Of a DNA stretch of 64,000 bases, positions 27,156 to 40,373 are shown one piece after another (position 1 is the first letter of the stretch; each line of letters starts with the position of its first letter). The stretch is taken from the NCBI GenBank assembly GCA_040954595.2, contig CM082584.2, positions 8,943,146 through 9,007,145 of the forward strand, written 5' to 3'. This DNA is from Balanoglossus misakiensis (Eukaryota > Animalia > Hemichordata). The translations under genes and the position numbers were made by a program. Below the pieces are notes generated by a model. It was not told the origin of the DNA. It was given only the letters and a program-made list of their open reading frames with translations, and ran no database searches.

Positions 27156-30100
27156 TCATTTACCGAGCGTGACCAGGGGGTATGGGGTGACCTCTGACAT
27201 CACTTTGTAGTATTCTAGAAGCGTCTCCAAGGCGACCTCCTTTTCCGCCATGAGGTTCCCCTGCAAAGTGATGCAGCAGAATTCTTGGGGGTTGACTGGA
27301 GCGGTTTGACCTTCGTTGCTGGGTAGTTCTGCATCGTTGCCGTTGACATCGGATAGAAGTTTGACAAGTTCTTGATGGCCCACAACCTGAAAATAAACAA
27401 TCAGAAAATTTCCATCAGTTAGTGTGGCTGATAAGTCAAAAAGCAACGGTAGAAATATTACTGGAATGAGCAGACTTTAAAGGCTGTTCACATAACTTTC
27501 CTGTCAGAAAAAACTACAAAGCAAAACAAGAATGCTTGTGAATATTTGCTGGGTTACACTTTAATATGAATCCATTTTTTGTAAAACAACTTCTAAGGCA
27601 ACCAAATCATTAGTATTCTTGTTTTTGAGTAACACTGACAGAATGCCAAACAATAAACAATTCCTGAAGAAAAACTTGTCACCAAAACAAGTGGGCTTGC
27701 AACTTGTACCCTGCAGTGTACAGTGGGTGGCTTATCAATTTTTACTTTTGCCACAACAACTTTAACAAAAGACATAAATAATTCTTGTCGACTTTTACAT
27801 GAAAATACCCTGAAATTCCACTCCCATGATCTATTTTTGGCGAGTTCTAAATTTAGTCGCTGTGACGTTTCATTCCAACAAAGCCCAGCAGAGGGTCTCA
27901 CAATAGGGAATGGGACCACTCTGGACTTAAATGAGTCTCCCTTTCTTATGCAAATGAGGCCTCTGACGTCAATGGGTGAGAGTTACTATGACATGTCTCG
28001 TCAACAAACAACTGATGCAGAATTACATCCTAGTTTTCACTATTCAACTGCCATGAATAGAAAGTAGGATCCAACAACACGAAACAGATGTGTAGACAGC
28101 CAGTCAGACAACAAAAACCAGACATCAAACCAAATTTCTGTAACACAATTGGATTCTGTTTCAGGCATGTCTGCAATCTTCCTGATCAATATACAATTAC
28201 ATTCGGAACAACCATTCGGGGGGGGGGGGGGGGACGAAATCAACATTGTCCAGCTGCAATCCGACATATAAACACCATTGCACAGTGGCCACTTGCAAAG
28301 TCACCGTTACTGTTATGATGTTGTCATGATCACATGATGAACTAGGTCAAATCAGCTCTGATGACTCATAGCCGCCAATACCAACCCCAACACATCATCC
28401 CTTACTGCATATGCATATACTCCAGAGCAAACTCAACCCATCAACTGCCTTAGGCTCTCGTACCTTTCCACAAAACTTTTCTACTGTTGTGAACACATTT
28501 CAGTCAAACTGGCCTGCCAATTACGGGAAACAGATCGCACCACACCCAAATTACGATATCGATCAAAAGTGGCAGAATAATTCAAAATACTCAGGTTGAT
28601 GCAGAGATTCCCTGCTCTACAGTGTTTACTAGTGTTTCCATTATCTGGGTAACGAGCCACACCCAAAGGTCATGTTTTTTGTTTGTCTGCGGTACCACCT
28701 ATATTGCAACAGCACTGAAACTAGTAGCTTGTCTATAACTCATTTCTCTCTCGTTATAATTGAGGTTTGCCTTTTGAAATCACTCACTTAAATATCCACC
28801 GAAACCCCAACTTTCGTGAATTTTCGCAGGAATATGAATTTAGAATAAACGTGTCTGGGAGAAAATTAATTTTGCAAGATCTTGCAAACAAAGTACCCTG
28901 GATTACAATTATGAGTTAAGTCATCCCCATGACCTTTGACCCGAGCCCCCTCCACACCTTAAAAGGAATTTCATCTGACAGGAAACTCATGTTGGCCCGA
29001 CAAATATGGGCATATCTGAGGAATTTCAAAACCCTAGATGTGAAAACACCACCTGTAGCATTCCCAGCCAAGTTGTCAATGCCAGATATGTACTGTAAAC
29101 CTTGCAAAAGCTGTACACCTCTTTGCATGAATTTCAATTGTCCCTGGGAGGCATTGTTTCATTGTATTTTTTTCCCCTGCAGTATCTCTTCTGAAGGTCA
29201 CTATATCTGTACCTATGGTCACATGTTAATTCCGAATACCATTTTTCACAAAGTTAACAAACTACTATTGTCTAGAATCATTTTTTCTCATAATCCAAAC
29301 ATACTAAGGCATAACCCAAAAATATCAACAAGCATTTGCAGAACCTGAACACACATTTCACCAGAAAAACTGCCAGTAAAAAGTGGCTCAAGTTATCGAA
29401 AAATAAAACTTTCCTTTCAAGTGCAAAATACTAATTAACATAATAAATGCTAATTAACATACTTGAATAATTATCCTTCACTTACTTTCATGAGCCTGAT
29501 GTCATTCTCCCAGCAGAAAGCTTCTATAAGTGTGAAATGCATGTGCAGGGCCACATCACCCAGAGAGTTGTCTGCTAGAAAGCATAAAACAACACTTTCT
29601 GGATCTCTAGATAAACAAAAGAGGAAACATAAACATTAATAGTCATAATTATGAGACAAACAAACCTTTGTAAGTTAAAACTTATTATTGTTTTCCTAAT
29701 TACGAAAGTATTTATGTTTCCCACGATAGCTTAACTGAAAACAAATGTCTATGTCACCTTGGCTTGGCAACAAAATATTTATCACACCATGTTGACAACG
29801 CTCAGTACAATTATCGTCAACAAGTGAGAAGGTTTTTATTTTCCTGTGGCCATCTGCACGTTTTCCCTAAACATGTTTCAAACGACCTTTCGATGACCTT
29901 GGTAAACAGACCAGGTGCTGAGTTCGTGCGAATTCAATGATGCAACCTTGCATCAGGTTATATAATGGAGGACAGCTAGCAAACCTCACCGACTTTTTCT
30001 GATATTTTTTACAGAATTCTGCCACAACCGATTTGTTTTTGTCGAATGATTCGCGATGAAATGTGCGGCAAAACAAGTTGGCATTGTGCCCATCATTGTG

Positions 30101-31548
30101 TTGAAAAAAAGACAAAACACTCGTTGATCGCCGCTCCGAACAGGAAGTCCGGGCCCGCACCTGACTGCTTTACGGTGAAATCCCTTGTCTTTTACGGACT
30201 CCCCCTTTTCTTTCCGGTCTATAAATAATCTCAGGTCGCTTCGGAGAACCCCGCTCTCGCGGAAAAGAAAACAACTGCTTTTTTCCACAAAATATGGAAA
30301 TGTTTACTCACTTGCCAAGCAAAGTTGCGCACTCGTATATTCCGTGCGTGAGGCGGCCTTCGACCTTGGCCTTTTGCAGAACCTCACGGAGGGCTTCGCC
30401 AGCTTTTATTTCCATATTCGGCACTGGATTCGACCTGTTAAAAAAACACAACGAAACATAACATAAATGTCAATTGTCATAGAACAGTGAAATGAACAAT
30501 CTCCGAACAGGGAAATCCGGTTTTCATAATCACCCATTAAGTGCAGATAAGATCAACGCGCAGGACTGCTACAACGTACTAAATGGGAAAATGACACTTT
30601 TAAGAAATCCCGTTATCCACACACATCATCCTTTGAAGTACCGTCTCAAACATTCTTTTTGATTAGGTGCCGACACCTTCGTCAAAGTTCCGACCGGAAC
30701 TGCCTGGCCCACCCTGACTGATTATATTAACGCTGTCAATTCAAACTTCAAGCCTTGTCAAATTTCAAATTGCAATGTTTGAAAACGGATGAAAATCTAC
30801 TTTCATTGTCGAGGAGGTCGGTCGAGAACAATAGCATCAAGACATTTATTATTATAAGACACTAAAATCTAGACGCCATCCGAATTCCAGAGTTAGACTT
30901 GGAGGAAGTCGGCTGGTCGCACGGGAATGCAAGACTTTGACCCATTTACAAGGGTTGCAAGGCGTTGTATTGACACAGTGACATACCGCGCACGCACACC
31001 CCCACACTAGTGTCGCACCCATCCCATACTCTACCCTGTCACGGCATGTGTGATATTTTAAAACAACGGCTACATATTTCACGGCGATATAATTAACGGT
31101 AAAAAGATAAACGCTATTAAAACAAAAGTTTTATAACTGGATAGTACACCCCATCACCATACTACACTGTCTCTGTTCATTGCAATCTGTTGGAATGTTT
31201 GATTTTGAATCAACTTAAAGTTTTGCTACAGATGTACGATATACCAGATTAAAATTCAGGAAAAGTGTGTTTTAACGTCAGAAGTAGTATCATATTTGTG
31301 TGTTTGGGCATACACTTCGCAGAAACTTGGAAAACGGGTTTGTAGTAGTATTGTACAATCGGCTGGGGCAACATGCGGCTAACGTTGCAAGAACGTCATG
31401 AGTCATCAAGTATTATCACAACAGAACCGGTACACACCGTCTGCTGCAACATCACATATATCTTGCGCATTTTTCTGTCCTGCAAAAAATGCTTAAAAAA
31501 TATTACTTACTCAGATCTGGATTCTTGTTCTCCCTCTTCGAGAGTCAT
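27156..31548 (-). CDS. GADD45: Growth arrest and DNA-damage-inducible protein GADD45 family member (L7Ae/Gadd45 fold), 170 aa
   Basis: Exons (minus) 31548-31511, 30434-30312, 29606-29486, 27386-27156; 513 nt in frame. Protein: MTLEEGEQESRSESNPVPNMEIKAGEALREVLQKAKVEGRLTHGIYECATLLGKDPESVVLCFLADNSLGDVALHMHFTLIEAFCWENDIRLMKVVGHQELVKLL...PLVTLGK. MTLEE and DVALxxHFTLIxAFCxENDI are GADD45 hallmarks, and the 4-exon layout resembles vertebrate GADD45. Confidence 0.95.
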
Positions 31549-32047
31549 ATTTGAATCTATCGCGTTTTCCGACGAACGTCTTTGACAAATAATTCACGGT
31601 AATGTAGCGCGGGTTCCACGACTGTCTTAACTGTACGATATCTCTATGTCATGTGGAATTTGCAACGTGGGCACTATCGTTTATGTCGATTTCAATACGA
31701 TATAAAACTAGTTCTAACGCTATTGGTCCGTTAAGAGATATGTTAATTACAAATGTGTTGCCTAATGGGCCAGTTACCTCTTAATTGACATACACTTAAC
31801 AAAGTGAGATCTGTCCAATATACACATTTTTAAGCTCAGAAAACACTATATAGTGTGGTCCAAATCGCCCAATTTAGTTGCAGAAATAATGAAAATGTGA
31901 AAAAATGTCGTAAATATATGTCAGGATTCCTATGTTTCGGCTGATCAATGTGTACCTTCTCCTAAACCTATCTCCTATTCAAGACCAGCTGCCCGCCTGT
32001 CAGGGTAGGTCATGTGATAGTCACATGGGCGAACGTTAAGCAACCGA

Positions 32048-32083
32048 GGGAATTCCCCTGGTGTCATCGACCGTGATTTGCAT
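32048..32083 (-). promoter_or_regulatory. NF-kB site plus octamer in the GADD45 upstream region
   Basis: GGGAATTCCCC at 32048-32058 and ATTTGCAT at 32076-32083, about 500 bp upstream of the ATG. CCAAT/ATTGG motifs occur at about 31722-31872. Confidence 0.45.
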
Positions 32084-34906
32084 ATTTTCCGCGAACCACG
32101 CACGTTTACAGTTTATACATCATCGCAGATCATAAACAAGGATGAAGACCGTACAAATCACTCGGCATTTATGTCAGAAAGCGTATGCGCATTTTTATAT
32201 CGGGTAGATCGCAGGAAAAAGACTTTATAATAGTCAATATAGGCAACGTCTGGCTCCTGATCAGAGCTGAGCGCGTCCCGTGTTCATATCAGAGACGCGA
32301 GCGCGCGCGCGAATTGCATCAGAAATGTACAGAGAAGGCCATGGTCGATATCATGAAGTCACGCGCTACGCATCTGACCAACTTCATCTGACCCTTATTA
32401 CGCAAGTCAAGCTTTACGACGCCAGAAAAATTGTTGCGTTTTGTCCAAATAATACACGTAAACATTGTTTACAGTAATCCATCTGTATCGCCCTTCACCG
32501 ACCGTGACTTTGAGTGTGAGTGTGTACGTCCTTGTACGTTTCATACTGGCGACTCGATCACGTATTCGGAATTTTTAAATATAATTTGTTGTATTGCAAT
32601 AACCTTTCCTCTACCAATGATCACTGTGTAGCGCCGCCGGTCTGACCTTGGGAGGTTGGAGTACCTGTACAAGGCTGAACAAATCAAACATACCATCTCA
32701 TTTATATGCGATCCTCTATATTTTTTTATTTTCATTATTTGTACGGTTGGCGACGCGACCTTGCGGAAGAAATCTTTTCCCCCAGCTCCTGCAAATTCGT
32801 GTATGTGGTCCTATCATGTGGTGTGACAAGCAAGGTTGATTTTGGCCTTTGCACATTTTTTGATGTATTTATTTATTTGCACAAGCCGCTGATCAGAATA
32901 TTTCGTGCGAATTCCACTACGTGTTTTGTAATCTTTGCACAATTTTTATATTTTAGCGTAGAAGATTATAACGGAAACGCAATTTTTACTCTTGACAAAT
33001 AGGTGAACGTCGCCAGGGTTTGATAAAGCCTGACAGCCAGGGGTATAGTATGTACAAGAACTAATTGCCGGAAATATTCGGCCCTTGGTCGGGTTCAAAC
33101 GATGACCGCAAGAAACACCGACGGGTTCATCCAGTGTCGACTTGCCAGTGGCCAAAACGCAGAAAACATTTTCTCTTTGTTTGAGCGCTTCAAAATAAGA
33201 CCTGATTGCTTGTAAAATAGCATATTTCACGGATTACTTTAGTCGAGTCGGTGACCAGGTCGATTCATACCATGCTTAGCCACAGCTATGTAATAAACCA
33301 TAGCGCACACTTCGTTGTTTGCCCGGCTTTGGGAGACTACGCACTTGGCCATTTACTAATGTGGTTGTTTGTAATTTAATTGGAAATTTAATTGATATCA
33401 GAGTAAATACCGGTTTTTCAGAGGCACACAGAGACACGAGAATATATTAGGAAGCGTTGCATTCAATGACCGACAGGTCGAGGAGAAGTTAGTGTGAAAT
33501 AATATAAACGGCAATGATAATATGTGATTTAAACTAAACGAGTTCACTGTCCTATGCGCGGCTTAATGGATATGGACATCCTGCCATATGCAACTGGCGA
33601 TCGTAAATTATCTCGATATCAGTGTAAATGTTATTAACCTCGTTTGTTAGAGGTTCACAGCGGACGTGTCGACTTTTCGTTCTTCGCAAGTAGGTCGGGG
33701 GTACTCAGTACGCGGTTGTCATGTGATGTTTTCTGTCTTATGTTCGAGTTATGTACGGCGCAGTGGTGGGGGTGTTGGTCCAACATAATTCTATCGAAAA
33801 CCCGAAACATATACTACACTTCGACATAAAAAATAATGCTCAGCTTGCTTTAATTAATTCGTGTGATTTTAGCGACAAACAAAAGTGTGTCATGAAGGTG
33901 TTGAAGGTCGTCTTTGTTATCGTGAATTTTATCGGCCAATCAAGAGTCAGTGACCGATATCTGGAACAGACCATCGCCGTTTTGACAAGATGGACAGTAC
34001 GAACCTATGTATGTACGTGAGAAAAAGTTTAAAACTGATTTTCGAAGCGCATTCTACCAAGCAGCCCAATGGTCTCGTATCTAGCCAGGCGTTTTAAGGT
34101 TTTTACAAACATCTGTTCACCTTAAACACCTGGCTAGCATACAGAACCAAAGCTCTCTGTCAAACCTTAAGTCTGACCAATGAAACGTACTGTAAATTAT
34201 ACTATACTGCGACACGCGATAAAGTTCTGCCCACTTCACAACATTGTGAAGACGCGTGACATGTCAGCTCGACTTGAGACCATTAGGGATGTCAATAAGA
34301 GGAAGTACACGCGTGGCATTCCGAGTCGCCAACACTAACAGTGGCCCTGGAGCGCGTGGTCGCCGACTTCAGGAGGAATTCAAAGAGGCATCGGTTTACG
34401 AACGCACAGTCAGTGAACCTATATCCTTCGGAGAACTTCTACAGAGATACAAGTCGTGAAAAAGCGCCAATGTCATGGTCCAGTTGGACGCTGAAGAAAG
34501 AATAACGAAGTTGCTTTTAATGAGTGTAAAAAATTAATAATTGAATAGCTTTGTCAATTTTCATATGGTGACTAAGAATACCATGTGATATAAAACTTTA
34601 TTCCACAATATATACAGTAAACAATAGGTGGACAAAAATCGCTCGTTTCCTGAGAACGATGCATGATTGTCTTACACAAAGGCATTCAATTGTCAAACTT
34701 GGTGATGAAAACAAAATCATAACACAGGCGTAGTATACTGGTGGCGCATAACGTTTGTACGTGGACACGAAGCTGAATTCATGAGAGCAAACACCACATG
34801 CATGATACAGCAATGGCAAACAACTACTTGGCCTTCCTTGGTTACATGACAACGTCTATGGCTTTCATTGACAGGTCAGTGTTTATGTGGTGTTTATCGT
34901 CGACAA

Positions 34907-37900
34907 CTAACACTTGGACGCAGTTGGCTCAAACAAAGGCTGAAAATGTACAGAATCTACATATTCCCCAGGAGCTGGAAGTACTGATGACGTCATCGGT
35001 TCGCCACTTTTCCCTGGGTTTGCAGGCTCCGAAGATGTTGCTGTTTCTGGCGTTGGCGGCGCAATCAAAGCTTGCGTCGACCCGTGATGCATCGCCATAT
35101 TGTCAACAACGACAGTTCTTGGCGTGGTTGTCACATCAATTACTTCGGGCTGAACTTTGCAAATGTCGTTCTTTTGTCTCTGCGCGTATACAGCGACGAT
35201 GACGACACTGGCCAAGACGAGGACTGCAGCAACCGCGATGCATGAAACAGCCAGAGCTGACATTTCGGTCTCTGCAGAAACAAGTTCAAGAAAATGCATG
35301 ACAAGCGTATGCAAGGTAAATTCAATATAACCTGAATTATCATAAATAATTTCACTCGTGCTACAAAAAATAAGACTATTCTCAGGGGCATTTCTCGGTC
35401 TCCATCTTCGAAATATTTTCCCCGAAATTTCACAGTGCACGTGGGATAGAGGGGCGTGTGGAGAGCGCCCCCAAGCGACAGATCATGCATCTGGTTGACT
35501 GGAAACATATTACATGTACAAGTCAGTTTTTTATCCAGTAACGGGAATAAACAAGAAAGACATGGTAGTCTAGTAATTACCATGATTTTCTTCATTCGAC
35601 AGTGAACAGGGTTCGTTGCACATTTCATCGTCTCCATCTGGGCAATTCTCGTGACAATCGCACACGAGCGAAGAGTGGATACACACGTCACCGGACGAGC
35701 AAGAATAGTGGTCGACATCACCAAAGCATGGACCTTGGGAGGAAAATGGCAAGATATTGAGAACAGGTAATTGTTAACGCCCAAAATCAAATTACACGAG
35801 CTGACAACACACTTACACAACAATTGACATAAGCAATCTTTTCTTCTGGGTCGTTGAGACGCTCTTCTGAGAGCTTTGATAGTGTAGGTCGGTGTGTATG
35901 ACATTTCATGCAGAATACGAGGTCTAATTATTCAAATTCGATGGTAATGAAACTTGTATGTGGGGAAACAGAATTAGATCGCCCTGATGCACGAATGAAG
36001 GAACCAAAAGAATCCTGTCGGCAAACACTTGCTGCTTTATACAAAATGCAACAGATTGCGTGAAAAGTGTAGCATAAAATTAGTTTTGAGAAAATTGAAA
36101 TGGTTTCGCTTAAACACATACACCTACCTGTGTGATAGGCGGTGAAAATCAGCGCAAATCCGGCTGATACTGTTGTTTCGTCCGTCCTCATTCGCAATGT
36201 CACCATGTCTCCGCTGGAGGTAACGTTCGGAACATGCGCACTACATTTTCGGAGCACAAGCTCGGAATAAAAAGACGAGTACCCGTCATACACTTCGACA
36301 AAATCGTAGCAAGTTGGCATTCCCGAGGGCGATGTTTCCATATCAAGCCATTCAAACTGGGAAATTTTTGAAAGTAAACGAAAAAAAAAAGTAAGGGATC
36401 GTTCAGCAGACACCAAACAACGATGAAACGATGGTGTATGTGTTTCAATCATAGAATCTCTACTATCCAATGTAAAATAGCGCATTCTTTTCTGAACTCG
36501 GTCGTAAGAACAACCACGAAGAACATCAAAAGCGAAAAACATGACGGCGCAAAAATTCACTCACCTCCAGCACAAAGAAATCAAACCCAACCGGTGTCTG
36601 TATCGTCACTTCACAGTCCATGTCGTTGTCATAGTAACCAGCCTTCTGTGACTGCAGTCGATCCCCGGCGCTTGTTATTTTTCTTCCACAATAATCATCC
36701 ATATACACTGGGAGAGTAAAACGAAGTATTGTATTCATTTAAGTTTTGTCCCAACAGGCTATGACCTGTTAACTCTATGGGCCCATGCTTTGATTCTAAT
36801 CTAAAGGCTCCTTGCAATCTCTGAATTCACGGTTGTCTACAGGATCCGGCTCGTTCTAGTAAAGTAATAACTCTTCTGTTCCTTTTGTTGCATGGTAGTA
36901 AGCAGTCGGGGGGGGGGAGGGGCATTGTCTTCTGTACTATTGTCACCCTTCACAATACAGCACTGTAATACTAAGTTCCAACAAACTGCCGGGGATTCCC
37001 AAACGAAATATAGCGTACATATTGCTCATAGAACGTCCGGGTATTCCCAAGTAAAAGCGTCATTGTTAAATTGAACTGAAATCTCAAGTTTCCAGCCCTG
37101 AGGCATGATGGCCACCGCGGAGGTCAGCCGTCTAGATATCACCGATATAATCTTTGACTTGTTGATACCAGCTTGAGCCAGGATTGACTAACCTATAAGC
37201 CATACATGTTTTTCCTAAGTCTAAGATTTCAAGCTATAGCGTGTCGAATATCGACGGATACCAATTTTCGAAAATCAAGAAAGTTGTTCGCATTTCTTCC
37301 GAAGCAAAGTTGCGGAAGGTCTGGCTTATTATTGAAAGAGTTTTATGTCGGCAAATATTTGGTACCCCTTTATCACGAGCCGTGTTTGCTCGTTCGATTT
37401 TCGTTTCGTTTCATTTCGTTTCACAATTCCTGTCGTACACTTTGGTTTCGTGGCAACGAGCCTTGACGGCTGTCCATCATATTAGTTGTGTAACTCTCGT
37501 CCGAGAAAACATCCAAACAGACATCATGCACAGACGAATGGCGGGAAAAAAGGCTGGAGGGACCGTGAAATTATCTTTGCTTCCAAAGATGCGTGTACGG
37601 ACTGGGCCGATAGCTCAGTGTCGCCGTATCGTTGATCGGTAAACGCGCAGACGCACGGTCAGCGGCGCGACGTACCAGGATACGATTTGAACAAATAGGA
37701 TACTAGATCCGTTATACAGAAAAACTAGAAATGAGAAACACAAGCATTGTTTTTTTGGTAAAAAACGGCAGAACACGGTCATGAACGAATATATGCTGTA
37801 GGCTTAATGTTGACAACTGGATTATATATCAAACCGCAGACTTTCGCGCCAGGATCTTTGATCAAACAAAAATTATACACTGGAGCATAGACTCAATGGA

Positions 37901-39785
37901 TCTGGGCTCAGAAAATAACAATACGAAGTCGTGATAAAAAATATTTCACTTACAAGTACAGTGTCCTTTAAAAACACACTGCAGCAGTAGCAAAACTAGA
38001 GTCGCGTTAACTCTCCAACCTTCCATTCTTGTCTTGCCTTGTCAGAATTTTAACTTCAAGTGGTAAACATTTGATGAGCGTCGAATGAGTTACGCAGAAA
38101 ATGACGTGAGTATGCGCAGGTAAACACCTGGCCGTAAATAGAAATCCCTGGAACATGTCCAAAATTGGAACTGTTGTCTGTTATATAGGCGCTAGACGTG
38201 CTAATCTAACCGCGGTCACTCCACAAACAACAGACCGTCGATTCGTGTGTTCCTGTTTACCACGAATTACAAAAGTCATTGTTGATCACTCGGATCGGGT
38301 AGGGGTGGGTTACAATGCAAGACCTGATGAATTTCGTTTCAAAATTTTGTGGACATTGGCGGGGCCGTCCCAGCAGTTGTTTGCGTAAATCAGCTTCGAA
38401 TCCAACGCATGCATGATAAACCATATGGATAAACATGATTAGATGAATGTCAACAAACAAATGATAAATAACGATTAATTACAATTAATACATGCATGAT
38501 TGCATAGTAATTGGAAAAAACGCGACCTAACGCTTAGTGCCTACCCCATGGGGAGAGAGAGAGGTGAGAGAGGGGGTAGAGATAGAGGGATGCGTCACAT
38601 TATAGTTAGTGACTGCTTCTATACAGATTCTAACAAAGACAGAGAGGGTTACTTTTATTCGGCAAGTCGCCTTATTTCTTCACATTAAAATGTTAAGTGC
38701 CGGTACAAAACACTGTTCTCTAACACTTGGGAGAAATTCTGTCGATTTGTAATGCAGGAACCTGGAGTTGCGTCACACTTTAGTAAGTGATGGCTTCACT
38801 ATACATGTACTCTAACAAAGCTTGCTTAGACACCCTGCAATTCTACTCACACTGTGTTAGGAGTCAACGTTTTTTTCTCAAGGCTACTTCCGCATACAGC
38901 TGCTGGGTGTTTGCCGCCCCCTCCTTTTGGTGTCATAAGCGAAAACTTGATGATTTTAGTTTCGGTAAACGGTAAAATATCATTAATCGCGTCCCCATAG
39001 AAACACCACGTGTATACGTCTGCAGTGAAAGTAGGTGACGAGATGTAAACATCTACCGTTTTCGTCCATGCTGGCCTACCATGACGCGAACAGTCAATAT
39101 CGTCGGGGTTTTCTAATGACGTTTGAAAATGGTATACACGATTATACCGTGGTCGAATACAGTTGCATGGTCGCGTGTGCAGACAATTATTTAATATAGA
39201 AATTATGTTGGCCTCCTGAAGCAGCACATTTTCTTCAAAAATGAAGCATGGACGAAAATTGAAATTAGATCCAGTTCTCGCTGTTCTCACATATCAGCGG
39301 ATTAACCAAAGTAGCGCGAATCCTGACAGGGGGTCGCCCATGCCCTTCAAGTCGGTAAGCCCTCCGTTCGTTTCTCACACAAAAATATAAATTTCTCCCA
39401 CATTTCTTTGCTGGGTTTCAAGCCCGGGCAAGTTCAAAAGTTCATAGGTTTTGCAGTTTTCCCCGTCTCAAGGCCTCCACGTGTTTGAGTTGGACAAATA
39501 TGATGGTCAGTGTATAGGCCTAAAGTGGCCATGAACGACCCCAATGAACGTGATTCGACATATCAAATGTCATATATCGTTTTCAGTTATATTAACTATT
39601 CCTTTCCTCGGAGTTCACGTATACTGAAAAAGCAAAACAAACTTTACCTGCCAATTTAAAGTCACCGCTTTTGACTAGTCAGTATTAAACACAAGAACTC
39701 GATTTCACTTACGTGTTGAAGAGACGTCATAGACAAGTGCATGAGCAACCAACAAGAACAGACGCGCGTCGCTAATCATCTTCAT
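34907..39785 (-). CDS. Single-pass membrane protein: signal peptide, CUB domain, LDL-receptor class A module, TM, Pro/Thr-rich tail (NETO/LDLRAD-like architecture), 320 aa
   Basis: Exons (minus) 39785-39713 (MKMISDARLFLLVAHALVYDVSST), 36707-36565, 36356-36128, 35733-35581, 35271-34907; 963 nt in frame. CUB: YDNDMDCEVTI...CYDFVEVYDG...SSGDMVTLRMRTD...GFALIFT. LDLa: C..SC..CI..VCDCHENCPDGDDE. TM: ALAVSCIAVAAVLVLASVVIVAVY. The first exon is the least certain part. Confidence 0.85.
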
Positions 39786-40373
39786 CGCGCTCGAGAAACG
39801 CCCCGTATAGTTGGACATGGAAGTGACAAATCCCGCCACACACGAAAATACGATAGACGATAGGTTGAAGTTATGAAGTTTACAGGTGAGATCTGGAACA
39901 TTTCCAAGATTGTGTCACTCAAATCAATTGCTGTTGGTAGCTGATAAATGACCGTCATGCTCTGCGTTTCCGGTTTCGCGTCTGATTTACAATGAAATGG
40001 CCGTCGTTTCTGCATACGCGAGATACAAGATCAAAGACCCACGAGCTGCAACTCTAGGGAAACTATCATGTAATTTATTTCCAATCTGTACGTCTAATAA
40101 TATCCCATAGCCTACTGATGTAGGCCATGCACTGAAATCAATCCTCCATATGCAAGTTTTAGCCAGATAAATAATACAGCGTTAATTATTTTATCAAGTT
40201 GCAGTTCTCTATAATTGATTCAAAAGGCACTTATAAGTTCAACTTTAATTGCTTTAATTGACATTTAATCTCCTTGTATCAGACAAAGAACCCGTAATAA
40301 AAATCTAGCCATACATAAACTTCGATAAACCATAGCAGTCGCTCAACCAGCACCGATAATCGACACCCTGATT

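Noticed and set aside
1067-28233. Poly-C/poly-G runs at about 1067, 12748, 23730 and 28218
   Set aside because: Simple homopolymers with no shared context; lengths may reflect sequencing error.
29867-30288. Overlapping minus-strand ORFs suggesting a frameshifted, antizyme-like gene
   Set aside because: They lie in GADD45 intron 2; the real exons splice in frame without them.
34798-35904. 134-aa (+) and 254-aa (-) ORFs
   Set aside because: Antisense or alternative-frame shadows of the CUB-LDLa-TM exons.
38847-39290. 147-aa minus-strand ORF
   Set aside because: No recognisable domain, non-ATG start, and it lies within the predicted first intron of the CUB gene.
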